Below are positions 43,203 through 53,722 of a stretch of DNA of 64,000 nt, in pieces. The DNA comes from Diplonema japonicum (Eukaryota; Protista; Euglenozoa: Diplonemea), in assembly GCA_964019335.1 (NCBI GenBank), contig OZ025659.1:1-64000 (forward strand), in the 5' to 3' direction. The position numbers and the translations under genes are program-made. The notes beneath the pieces are model-generated. The model saw only the letters and a list, made by a program, of their open reading frames with translations. It did no database searches and was not told the origin of the DNA. How positions within the stretch are numbered: position 1 is the first letter of the stretch; the number at the start of each line of letters is the position of its first letter.

Positions 43203-45227
43203 CTAGTCCGTACGAGGGGGGGGTGCTCTGAATCTGGGCGGGCGTACAACAGGTCTACCTGGACCTCTTCCCCCCATTTGTGGTAGAGGTGGGTGGGAAT
43301 TATCCACTGTCTCGTGTACCACTCTGTCATCGTCCGCAGGGGCGTAGACCAGTTCTTTCGTCCCGTCGATCTCGATCTTGTACGGCACGGCCTGCTGGTC
43401 TGTCCCCCATGTCTTCCCTTTCCAGCGTGTTGCCTTGACTGTCCCAGTCTTCCATCTCCCGTTCCCCACGTTGCACGTCACCCTGTCCCCCACTCGGAAT
43501 CGCAGCAAACTCGGCGGGGTATCGGGAGGTGTTCCAGGCTCGGAACTTTTCCGTACCATCGACGTCTTCCTCGACACCTCCGACGGGTACAGACTGCCGT
43601 AACCCTTTGACGTTGGGACGCTGTACCGCTGCTTCACAGGGGACTTCACTGGAGAACTTTTCCGAGAAACCTTCGACTGAATGTCACTGCCTGCAGGGGA
43701 TTGTAGGCCTACGTTGTACTCATCAGCTGCCGGAGACACCGACGTCTGAACGACAGAAGGTGGCGGTGCGATGCTTGGAGGGGGCTCCAATAGACGCTGG
43801 AAGTGGTACTCCTCTGAGTACAGCTCAACAGGCGCCGGGCGCGAAGGTGGCTGTGATGGGTGTGAAGCTTGAGACGCTGCAGGTGCCTGCTGATGGGATG
43901 CCTGTGCTGGCACTGAGAGCATCACGCTCGAGGGGGCCAAGCGCTGACTGGAAGACGCGGATGGTGGCGGCGCTGCAGTCACTGCCGATAGATGATCTGC
44001 CGCTTGTTGATGAGACGGGTGCGAAGCTTGAGATGCTACAGGAGCCTCATAATACCCATCATGGTGTGAAGACCTCGGGTCGGAGATCCGCCGGCTCGGC
44101 GCGTGGTACAAGGGTGCTGAATCGTGATGCTCGGGCTCTGCTGGAGGCGGCATGTATCCACGCACAGGTACCTTCCGTCTCTGGCCGCTGTGCATTTGGG
44201 TTGTATAATGGCCGCTGTGAAGCTGCGAGCTAGATGGTGGCGGATCGTACAGTCCTTGCGTGTGCGCGGAGTGGTACGGCACCTGCTCGGGATACGCCGT
44301 TGAGTCTGGCCTTTGATAGTGTAGTTGGGGCTGCGAGAGTTGCAGTTCTTGGCGCTGCTGCTGTTCCATCCGAGAATGCAAGTGCTGCTGCCGTTGGTGT
44401 TCCATTTGGGTTTGCAGCTCGTGCTGCTGCTGCTGCTGTGTTAAAGACAGCCTTTTGACTTCATGGAGCTCGTTGACGAGCAGCCGTTGGTTGTCTTCCA
44501 CGTGCTGCAGCTTGCTGACTATCCCCTTGAGGACAAGGCTGGTCTCGGATTGTGAATTACTGTTACTTCTAATGCTTCGGTTCTGGCTTGAGTGGCGTAG
44601 AGCCGGCTTTGTACGGAAAGGCGACACCCTCTTCACAGGCAATTGAACGGATTGCACGGACGATGAACGCGAGGGTGTGTTGTTGATGGCATCTAGTTGG
44701 ATGTAGCACAAGCCCTCTGAACGACACTTTGTGATGGCTGCAGCAAGGTCGTCACCGTTTCTAATAAGACACCCTTGCAGCCCAACGACGGTGGCCCCCG
44801 GCTGGATGCCGCTCGTGTGAGCTGTTCCCCACTGAGCTACTGATGTAATCATGACACCGCCTCGCTCGCACTCTTCGTACTCCAGGCCTAAGGGTTCTGC
44901 AGATGACAAGCGGACGTGATACCGGTCGGCGCCTTGGTCCCGTAGAGCCATGAGCCTGCCCAGCTCTCCCTCCAGCCCATGTAACTCTGTTGCTAAGTCA
45001 TGTCTTTCCTGAGCTAGCACTTCTCTCTCTGTGTCTATGACTACCTCCGCCTCAGAGGGTGGCGGAGGGGTCCTCCTTCCCCTTTCCCCTTCCCGCAGTC
45101 TTTCTTGCAAGCTCGCTTGCCGCCTCAACAGATACTCCCGCTCCCTCGTGAGCTCGCTGTCTGCATTCCCCGCGAGGTCGCCATTCTTGTTGTTCCACTC
45201 ATCCCAGTCTATTGTATCCTGCTCCAT
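43203..45227 (-). CDS. Coiled-coil + PDZ protein with a C-terminal Tudor/SH3-like barrel
   Basis: PDZ-like EPLGLEY...GVMITSVAQWGTAHTSGIQPGATVVGL; FRVGDRVTCNVG...W..GTV...VPYKIEID. Confidence 0.8.
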   Translation of the reverse strand: MEQDTIDWDEWNNKNGDLAGNADSELTREREYLLRRQASLQERLREGERGRRTPPPPSEAEVVIDTEREVLAQERHDLATELHGLEGELGRLMALRDQGADRYHVRLSSAEPLGLEYEECERGGVMITSVAQWGTAHTSGIQPGATVVGLQGCLIRNGDDLAAAITKCRSEGLCYIQLDAINNTPSRSSSVQSVQLPVKRVSPFRTKPALRHSSQNRSIRSNSNSQSETSLVLKGIVSKLQHVEDNQRLLVNELHEVKRLSLTQQQQQHELQTQMEHQRQQHLHSRMEQQQRQELQLSQPQLHYQRPDSTAYPEQVPYHSAHTQGLYDPPPSSSQLHSGHYTTQMHSGQRRKVPVRGYMPPPAEPEHHDSAPLYHAPSRRISDPRSSHHDGYYEAPVASQASHPSHQQAADHLSAVTAAPPPSASSSQRLAPSSVMLSVPAQASHQQAPAASQASHPSQPPSRPAPVELYSEEYHFQRLLEPPPSIAPPPSVVQTSVSPAADEYNVGLQSPAGSDIQSKVSRKSSPVKSPVKQRYSVPTSKGYGSLYPSEVSRKTSMVRKSSEPGTPPDTPPSLLRFRVGDRVTCNVGNGRWKTGTVKATRWKGKTWGTDQQAVPYKIEIDGTKELVYAPADDDRVVHETVDNSHPPLPQMGGRGPGRPVVRPPRFRAPPPRTD

Positions 45228-45610
45228 GCTGCCATGGTTCCTGGGGATGGATTATTTAAATTCTTTTCTTGTTTGCTTTTTTTCTTTCTTTTTAATTTTT
45301 TTCCCTCATAAAACGCAAGATTCTTTATAAAAGGCAGACAGAAATAGAAGAATGGGAAAAGGAAGAAGACAAAAAGAAAGAAAAAACGCCAAAAAAAAAA
45401 AAACTGCCGCTTACAGCAGAAAAAAGGAGAAAAAAAAAAACATAAAAAAAGAAGAACACAGAGGACCCTAGAACGTTTTACTTACCACATTTCCAGGGGG
45501 TCCATATGTGGGGGGAAATGGGAACGTGATCAAAAAAAACAAACAAAAAAAAAAAACAAAAAAAAAAGAGGGACAGAACAACATATAAAAAAAAAAGAAG
45601 GAAAATCCTC

Positions 45611-46240
45611 TCACGCGTGTGCAACCTTTGTGGTATCCGCACCTGAAACGAAGGATTTTCCACACCCGCAGGACCCGACCGAGTTTGGGTTGAGGAAAAC
45701 AAACTTTTCGGAAGCCTTGTCGACGTGGTAGTCCATGACTGTACCCACGACGTGCATGAACGCCTCGGGCTCTACCATGATGGTCACACCATGCTGAGTG
45801 GTGCTGGATGACGTGAAGCGAGACTTGTTCGCATCTATGTAGTCAGAGTAGAGGTAGTCCATGGTGTATGCAAGGCCATTGCAACCCTTCTTCTCGACAC
45901 CTACCTTGACCCCCACTGGGTGGTCTTTCTTTACACGTAAAAGGTCCATTATCACCTTAGCTGCGTCTTCGGTCACCATCAGGATTTCTTTCTTCGCGCT
46001 CTGCATTCTCCGCTGCAGTGCAGACACCTTCGCCTTTGCTCCCTCCACCACCTCCCCTGCCACCACCGTCACCGGCACCCTCAAGGACTCGTCCTCCCCC
46101 AGTGAGCTTTCCATACCCCCTCCCTTCGGAAACGCTTTTGCCATCGCAGGCCGCCTCCTCCTTTTCCCCATAACCGGTATCGTGTTCACCGCAAAGGTTT
46201 CCACAGCCTTCTTCGCTCCTAGCCTTGCCAGTGCCGACAT
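45611..46240 (-). CDS. ISCA1: Mitochondrial A-type Fe-S cluster assembly protein
   Basis: KKGCNGLAY, GTVMDY, FVFLNPNSVGSCGCGKSF; basic N-terminal presequence. Confidence 0.92.
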   Translation of the reverse strand: MSALARLGAKKAVETFAVNTIPVMGKRRRRPAMAKAFPKGGGMESSLGEDESLRVPVTVVAGEVVEGAKAKVSALQRRMQSAKKEILMVTEDAAKVIMDLLRVKKDHPVGVKVGVEKKGCNGLAYTMDYLYSDYIDANKSRFTSSSTTQHGVTIMVEPEAFMHVVGTVMDYHVDKASEKFVFLNPNSVGSCGCGKSFVSGADTTKVAHA

Positions 46241-46536
46241 TTTTTTTTAAAGGTTTTGCTGGAAAATGAAGATAAAGACGTTAGAAGAAACAAAAAAAAA
46301 ATCAATTTTGTAATTTGGCAGCGAATGTGGTAAAATAAAAAGGGGGGGAAGGAGGACGTTGGTGTAAGAAGAAAAAACAAGAAAGTTTCTATGTGCACAC
46401 ACGAGCGTTATTATTTTCTATAATAAAAACCCCACTCGTTGGGCGCGTGTGTCTCGACATAAAAAAAAAAAAAAAATAGATCAAACAAAATAAATAAATA
46501 AAAAACGATAACACATCACACAATTAGAATTCGCAC

Positions 46537-47811
46537 TCAGTGAAGGGTGGCGTTCCCCGTACCGAACCACACAGTGGTGTTGTAGTAGTTCTCCGCGACG
46601 ACGAACACAGCGGTGTGGTCGGTGTGCGGGTTGAAGGTGGGCCACGCCGTCATCACACCGAACATAGCAGCGGGGTTCATATTATCCCTGCCCACCGCTT
46701 GAACGTGCGCATTACCAGGTGCACGTCTATCGTCGCCCTGCGGCACGGGCCCCCAGTGGTCGTAATTTGTCTCAAGACGCCACCATCCATTGGGCTGCGT
46801 GGAGTCGATGTGCCATGCATCGATTTCCTTCTCCCGCCCACGAGTGATGATGGCACCCTGTCCCTTACCCCCTCCCGACACGATGTAGTACATGGGTGCG
46901 ATCATGGGTGCCTCGGAGAGGATTTCAACAAGGTGTGGGTATCCCGTTGCGTTCATCATCCCGTTCCTTGCCACAAGCGAAGGTGTCAGCCCGCCAGCAA
47001 GGAGCATTTCCGCGGCATTCTTCCACAAGATACCGCCTTGGCAACGCGCGTCCATTGTAATAGCGAACCCATCGGGACCGCCTTTCATGGCGTTTTGAAC
47101 ACCGATGTAGGTGGCGATGGATGTCCCTGTCCATAACGTCTTTCCTCCCTTTTGGAACTCCACTTCCCATATAAGCGGGCGGAGGACGTTTGGAATGTTC
47201 CAGTCGAAGTTTCTACCATGGACTACAGTACCGTCAGGGCGTTCAGCAACGATGGACGTGCACACCCCAGGAGGGCCTGTCACACCAGCACCATGTTTCG
47301 TCTTGAACGGGTAGATGATGTCTGTGTTGTTAACGCACTCGCCTGTCGGGCCTGTGTCGTTCCAGTTGGAGCAGTTGATGCCAACATGTTCCAAGACGTA
47401 CATTAAGTTCAAAGCAACGACCTGTCCCTTAGGGAGGTCCAGTGCCTTTGAGATCGATAGCATTTCTTCAGTGTATTCTTCTCCGAAGCCGCGGTAGTCT
47501 GCTAGAGGGCCTACTACTGTTTCGATGAGTTCGATTGCCCACTTTGGGACTAGGGAGTCAAGGTAATTGTTGATCATTTCTCTAGTGTTGTTTGGGAGGG
47601 CCTTCAGAGGTTCTATCCATCGTGTAGAGGCGGGGAGGTCCAAGTCCAGGACCACGTGTGGGGGCGTCACGGGTTTGCGTTGTTTGTACTCTGCCTCCTT
47701 GCGTAATAGTCCATTGTTCATCCAGTCGGAAGATTTCCCTCCATGGTAGTTGCATGCCGTGTCATTCGGCAGTGCTGCTACCGTCAGCAGCATCACACCT
47801 ATTTGAAGCAT
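46537..47811 (-). CDS. Acid ceramidase / NAAA family Ntn-hydrolase with signal peptide
   Basis: LDLDLPASTRW, catalytic CTSIVA, HGRNFDW, ETNYDHW, DDRR. Confidence 0.9.
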   Translation of the reverse strand: MLQIGVMLLTVAALPNDTACNYHGGKSSDWMNNGLLRKEAEYKQRKPVTPPHVVLDLDLPASTRWIEPLKALPNNTREMINNYLDSLVPKWAIELIETVVGPLADYRGFGEEYTEEMLSISKALDLPKGQVVALNLMYVLEHVGINCSNWNDTGPTGECVNNTDIIYPFKTKHGAGVTGPPGVCTSIVAERPDGTVVHGRNFDWNIPNVLRPLIWEVEFQKGGKTLWTGTSIATYIGVQNAMKGGPDGFAITMDARCQGGILWKNAAEMLLAGGLTPSLVARNGMMNATGYPHLVEILSEAPMIAPMYYIVSGGGKGQGAIITRGREKEIDAWHIDSTQPNGWWRLETNYDHWGPVPQGDDRRAPGNAHVQAVGRDNMNPAAMFGVMTAWPTFNPHTDHTAVFVVAENYYNTTVWFGTGNATLH

Positions 47812-48426
47812 TTTTTTCTTCTTCAGTGTGTACTTCTCCCTGGTTTTGAAGTTTTTTTTTGAAATGTGGGGAGCGAAATAAAAAAGACAGGGGGGGGGGG
47901 GGAGAAAGAATAAAAAAGCACATAAGAAGGGTAAGAAGAAGGAGAGGGGAAGTTTATTTTACAATCAAAACAAAAAAAAAAAAGGTTTTAAACAAAAAAA
48001 AAGAAAGGAGGAAAAATAAATCGAGAGGGGGAAAAAAAAAGAAGGGAAAAAACGTTGTTTTTTTTTTAATCGTAGTCACCACATTGCCACATTTTTTTTG
48101 GGGGGGCTCTTGCCTCGATTTCTTTTTTCTTCAGGACAGTCGTGCACCAAAATAAACTTATATAAAAGAAAGAAGAAAAAAAGAGAGAAAGAGGAAACCC
48201 AATAACCACAACATATCTAATATTATTTTGTGGTTTTTTTTTCTTCTTTTTTTTTTCGGCTTTCTTTTTCCTTATCCTTCCGACACTTCTATAAAAAAAT
48301 ATATAAAAAAAATAATAAGGGCAAAAGAATGAGAAAAACTGTCTTTCTTCTTTTCCTTATAGGGGGGGGGGGGGGGGGATCTACAAAAAAACAAAAAAAA
48401 AAACTGTCATTTCTTCTTCCTTTTTT

Positions 48427-49914
48427 CTACGGCAAAGGAACCTTGTCATTCTCAATCGCGTCAACCATAAAAGCTGTGAGGGTGAATTTTTTTGGGAGAA
48501 AAAAAAAAAAAAAAAAACACCTATCGGATCCTCCGGTTTTGTAACGAGCACGTGGCTCACCAAGGCATCAAGGAACTGGGGGATGGAATTCTCAGCCAGG
48601 TACTCCCGAGAGAGAGTGGTATTTACGTCAGCGGACATCCGGATCGCCTCTATATCAGCAGGGTCTTGCTCAAGAGCACCTTCAATGCTCGCCTTAGCCT
48701 CCTCAAGCCTCCCAGCGTCCGCAAGAATCGCCGCCTTCGCTTTAAAAAGAACTGCCTTAGACCTACTATGTCCGGTTAATGCCTCTGTCTCCTCGGTGGG
48801 AGGGTTCAAGATGCCGTCTTCACAGACCTTTAGGCCGTCTTCATCACGGCCCATCTCGCTGAGGAGGAAAGCTTTTTCACGGAGAAGGTTCGCCTTAGGA
48901 TGGAGGGCAAATGCGTTCTCGATTTGAGACAACGCCCCTTCAAGATCTTCTTGTACTGTTTTTTTCTTTCTTTTTTTTTTCCCTTCTTTTTTCGTGCAAA
49001 TACCTTTCTTAATCGGTATCAGTGCTTCACACGAAGGGAAGTAAACATTCCTGTGCGTCAGCGCGTTCATGTAGCATTTCTCCGCCTCTGCGATGTTGCT
49101 TGCAGCCTCGTACAGTTTCCCCATCTGGTGGTGTGTCACGTACTCCGCATCACCGGGGTCTGTACGCCCCGGGCTGAAGGTAAGTGCCTTCTGACAGTCA
49201 GCAATACCTTCATTGAGACGGTTCGATTTCTGTTTTTTTGTTTTTTTTTTTTGTTTACCAACGATTCTACATCTACAGATTCTGTACTTTATTAGAATCG
49301 ACTGATAAAGGAACCCCCAGGAAACGGTTAAAGAAATTCACTATGATAGAAACGAAGAGGTGCACGGCCCACCATGAGAAGTCACTGGCTGCGTGACATT
49401 GGGACAAGATGGAGGACTTCCTGAAAAAAGAGCTGCCGCGAGCCATACTGCAGCTTCCTCAAAGACACCATTTCTTTTTTGTTGCGGTACATACCCCGTG
49501 CAGATCTGCCCTGTATGAGAAGAGCCGGCCCAATTGCGGTTTTTCTTTGCTGTTCCCTTCGTTGCCTTTGAGGATGGCTTCATTTATGAGTTTGAAGGCG
49601 ACTTCGATGCCTTCCGTGATTTCTGCGGCCTTTGCCTTCATCATGGCACCCATCAAGGGTTTCTGTATCAGGTCGTACTTCTCACCCGCCATGGTGAAGA
49701 CCTCCACGGCCTCCTCGTCCTCCTCTATGGACGCGAGGATCGTCGCGATGGCCTCTGCGCACGGTGCCACCTCGAACGGCGGGGACGTGTCGAGCTTGCA
49801 CTGAAACAGTCTCAAGGCCCCTAACAGATAGTCTTTGTCCCACAGCTCGAACCCTTCCGACAGCGGCTTTTTAGCCAACCGCTGTATCATCGACTCCGTG
49901 CGTACCCTGCTCAT
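48427..49914 (-). CDS. TPR-repeat protein with a C-terminal RIIa/Dpy-30-like docking domain; introns 49230-49494, 48956-49003, 48474-48520
   Basis: Spliced frame is continuous; helical TPR-like repeats; ends EYLAENSIPQFLDALVSHVLVTKPEDPIAFM...LP*. Confidence 0.8.
49257..49470 (+). pseudogene. SL-capped retroposed mRNA fragment, antisense inside TPR intron 1
   Basis: ACCAACGATTCTACATCTACAGATTCTGTACTTTATT resembles the diplonemid SL exon; no GT donor follows; a ~58-codon frame with one TGA (49394) follows. Confidence 0.78.
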
Positions 49915-50056
49915 CTTGCTCTCCCTCCTGAGGTACGGTACTGAGCAACCACAACAACTACTTTTTCTTAGAATACAAAAAAGAAATTACGGGAATGGGG
50001 GGGAGGCTAGATTACTCTACACTTTTTTTGTCCCCTTCTCATTTTCTTTTTTTTCT

Positions 50057-51007
50057 TTACTCGGACAGAGCCCGCCAGATAATGGTGAAGAAAACACCCT
50101 GCAACACATTGACGAGCAGACGGGTGACAAGCCCGCGGCCGAACAGCCCTCGAAGACCGTCTTTCTGCACCACGATACGTGCAGCCTCGATGTACCCTGT
50201 GCTGGTGTCGGGGTGGGTCTGCCGGATAGTCTTCAAAACACGAAGGGAGTTGGAGCTGGTATCAGATGCGGCAGAGGCACAGATGCCAATTATACCGTTC
50301 CGGAGGTGCTTATAAGGGCCGGACCAAGCCGGCCATGCAGAAGAGAGGAAGTTAAAAACAAGGAACCAAGGGTAGGTCCCTACCCATGAAGCAACAAAAT
50401 TTGCCTCCCACCCGTTGAACAGCTCCAAGACACCCTTCTGCTTGACCTTCGCTACGAGCAATGCGTACGATGCATCACCATGAACCTGGCGTGTGGTCTT
50501 CAGGGTGTCTATAGGTGTGATGGTGACCCGAAAGGTGGCGGATAACACTGATCCAAAGAAGGTAGCCCATGAGAGGGGGATGTTAGGTGCGTAAAGTTCC
50601 CGGTAAGCCAATGCACCTGTGTTCATGAATGTGTCACCGAATCGGGTTAAGGGTGCTTGTATTATGGCCCATTCTATGCCTTTGTAAAACCGTTTGACGC
50701 CGCCTTCCCTGTACAGGATAGTGGCTGCGTTGCTCATGGTGTCCCCGTTGGCGTACTGATGGTTCATGACTGTTCGAAGCCACATGAAGCATATTACTTG
50801 GAACACGCCGGCAATGAGGCCTGCAGTGCCTACTTTCCAGGCTTTCAGCAGGGCCTTCATTGCTGCGCTTGCGTCCTCTTCTTCAACCTTTTGGTTTTCA
50901 TGCCGTCTGATTGCTAAAGATGTTTTCCAGCTCATCAGCACCATCCCTGCCAACATCATCGTCAGTACAAACATCAGCTTATATTTAGTTTTTAACATCT
51001 CGATCAT
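50057..51007 (-). CDS. Mitochondrial carrier (SLC25) family protein
   Basis: PIDTLKTTRQ signature, EGGVKRFYKG, DGLRGLFGRGL; three-repeat layout. Confidence 0.88.
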   Translation of the reverse strand: MIEMLKTKYKLMFVLTMMLAGMVLMSWKTSLAIRRHENQKVEEEDASAAMKALLKAWKVGTAGLIAGVFQVICFMWLRTVMNHQYANGDTMSNAATILYREGGVKRFYKGIEWAIIQAPLTRFGDTFMNTGALAYRELYAPNIPLSWATFFGSVLSATFRVTITPIDTLKTTRQVHGDASYALLVAKVKQKGVLELFNGWEANFVASWVGTYPWFLVFNFLSSAWPAWSGPYKHLRNGIIGICASAASDTSSNSLRVLKTIRQTHPDTSTGYIEAARIVVQKDGLRGLFGRGLVTRLLVNVLQGVFFTIIWRALSE

Positions 51008-51976
51008 GTAGTGGGGGTCTGGCCCCCCCCCCCCCCCCCCCCCCTGGTTATAGAATTGTTAGGGGGAAAGAAAATAGGGAAGAAAAGTGAAAGGGGGACT
51101 ACGTAGTAAGGGGGGGGGGGGGGGGGGGGGAGAGGGGGTGAACGAAACACAAATAATTTTTTTTTGTTGTTGTAAAACTGCGTGGATCGTGTTGAAAAAA
51201 AAAAGAAGTTTTCAAAAAAAAGAATGAAAAAAAAAAAAAGTATACAATGTCAAAACGGAACTTCCCGAAGAATAAAAAATGAAAACTTAAGAGGAAAAAA
51301 AAAAAAAAAGAAAAAAAAACAACAACTTAAAAAAAAAGGAGGGGGAGGATAAAGAAAAGGAATAAAGAAATATTCTTTTTTAAAAAAAAAACTTTTATTT
51401 CCTTTCTTCCTGTCGTTCGCGGGGGCGTGTGGTCATTTTTTTTTCTCCCTTCCTTTGTTTTCTTCTTCTTTTTCTTTTTGCATTTGTTCTATGACTGGAG
51501 GACTACAAAGACGAGAAAGAGAGCAAGAGGAGGAGTGCAGTTGCAACACCACAGAGTAATAAAGGAGGACAACATTAGAAATTTTGCCTTGTCCCACTTT
51601 CTCAACACACTTTTTTTCTTCGCATTTCGTTCATTCAGTAACCCCCCTCCACATGTGTAAAAAAGCGGAGACAAATATTAATATCAGTTAATGTTTCGCA
51701 CTGATTTCTTTTCGTTCGGGGTGAATCGTAGCGAGGGCGCCCCAGGCCAACCTTTCCTGTAACGATGTTATGCTGCCTTTCAAAAAACTTGTGCAATCAG
51801 TGGCTGTGGCCCAATTTAAAAAAAAACTTTTTTTTTCTTTTCATAGTATTTGAAAATTTTGAAAAAAAAAAACTTTTTTTTTTGGCTAGGCAAGAAGGGG
51901 AAAAAGAGAAGAAAAAAAAAATTGACTATTTACTAAATAAAAATCAGATTACCTGATTTTTACGAATTTTTTTTTT

Positions 51977-52225
51977 TTCACGAGTAGTTGAATTTCACGA
52001 GCGAAGCGAGTGGTCAGGACCCTCGACCCCTGAAACCCTGGCCGAGGGTCCTGACCACTGACCTACGGCGGTGTTAGCGGCCACCAGATGCAAAAAATGA
52101 ATACCGAAAAAGCCCGAAAATTGCTCAGAGTAAAAATCAGATTTCATTTTGCATTTACTGCACTTTTTTAAGCCAAATTCGGCCTATTACTTTGATTTAT
52201 TCTTCACTTTGTATTTACTCGTGAA
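51977..52225. repeat. Perfect 17-bp inverted repeat (52009-52025/52043-52059) inside a 10-bp outer inverted repeat; possible non-autonomous DNA element
   Basis: AGTGGTCAGGACCCTCG / CGAGGGTCCTGACCACT; TTCACGAGTA (51977) / TACTCGTGAA (52216). Confidence 0.6.
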
Positions 52226-53396
52226 CGGCAAAGTGATTTCTGATTTTTATGGCCTTTTAGAAATTTCCTCATGTAACTTTGCGGAATTAAGTAAAAAGAA
52301 GAAAAAAAAAATCACTAGTGGGAGGGGAGGGGGACACTTCGCCTGAAGTAAGTTAAACAACAAAACTGATACCATTCCTCCCCTAGATCCTGAAAAACCC
52401 GCGTTAAAAAAATAAAATAAATTTTAGAAATATTTTTGTTTTTTTTTCATTCCAGTAATGTACCCTGTAATCAATGGCTAAAAAAAACTTAAAAAGAGCC
52501 CCCCCCCTGCATTTTTTACTACATCTCATTTATTAATTTCACTGAAGGAAAAAAAAAAAAAAAAAAAAAAAAGGAGAAGAAAAAGAGGGGAGGGATAAGA
52601 AGAATAAGGTGAGTGAGACGGGTAAAATCGGAAAATAAGAAAGATGAACAAATTAGGGGAAAATAAAGTATTTTTTTTTTTCCTCTCTTTTTCGGGGTAC
52701 GACTACAAATAGAAACTTAAAGATTCACAAGATTCAGTAGGGGAAGGGAAAGAGGAAACTGGCGCCGTTGCTTGTGCGTTGCCCCGGAGGGTGAAAGTTT
52801 ATAACTTGTAAACACTTTGCGGGAAAACCCTGATTGTGCCATAGCTACTAATTACCTCACTCTCTTTTTGTTTCCCCGGTAATAGAGAGATATTGCTACA
52901 GAAGGCACCTTTTTTTGCTTTCCATTCATTTTTTCTCCCCCCCCCCAATTCGCCTCCCTTTTCTTTATATTATAAACAGGGGAAACCAGTGGCGCCAAAC
53001 TGCTTCTCGCCTTTAAAAAAAAAAAGTCTCTTACAAAAGTATATAACCTACCTGCGGAAAAATTGGCATATTATTAAAAAGAAAATTTAAAAAAAGGAAA
53101 AAGAAACGTTGCTTCTGACTTTCTTTCGTTTTTGTATTTTTTTTCCCCCTTTTTTTGCCTCACCTTCCTTTCTTTTTTAATTCACTGTTCGTTTGCTGCT
53201 TGGAGAATTCTTGGGGTAAGTTTGCTTGTCCGCTGGCACTATAAACTAGGGTGCCAAATAAACTATTCTTTCTTGGTATGTGTTTTTGCGCTCGCCGCCC
53301 CAGCTGCAAAAATATAACTACATGACGTGATTGCAAACTGAGCCCGCGGTGCGCTAATTATTTCTTCTTTTTTTTACCCCCTTTGCTCTTTTTTTT

Positions 53397-53430
<34 letters not shown>

Positions 53431-53550
53431 GGGAGAAACGATAAAGTAGCTCACAGCACAAAAAAAAAACCCCCATTTTTATATGGTCAAATATACGGCA
53501 TTTGTCACGAAGTTTTTTCATAAACCTAGCAAGAAAAAAGAAGAAAAAAA

Positions 53551-53623
53551 GAGTTAAAGGAGGCCAGGTGTCGGTGGCACCCTGCACAAGCACTGTCTAC
53601 TTGTTACAGGGGGCTCGACCGAG
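53551..53623 (-). repeat. Hairpin family 2, solo copy
   Basis: Matches 30882-30958 (GAGTTAAAGGAGGCC...CCCTGCACAAG.ACTGTCTACTTG...TACAGGGG...CCGAG on the + strand). Confidence 0.8.
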
Positions 53624-53722
53624 CAAACTTTGATTGATTGAGCGTTTTTGGACACATTCAAGAATATTTTCCTTTATTCACCATAGAAATGCCCCAAAAT
53701 ATTTTTATTTCTTCGTTCCTTC

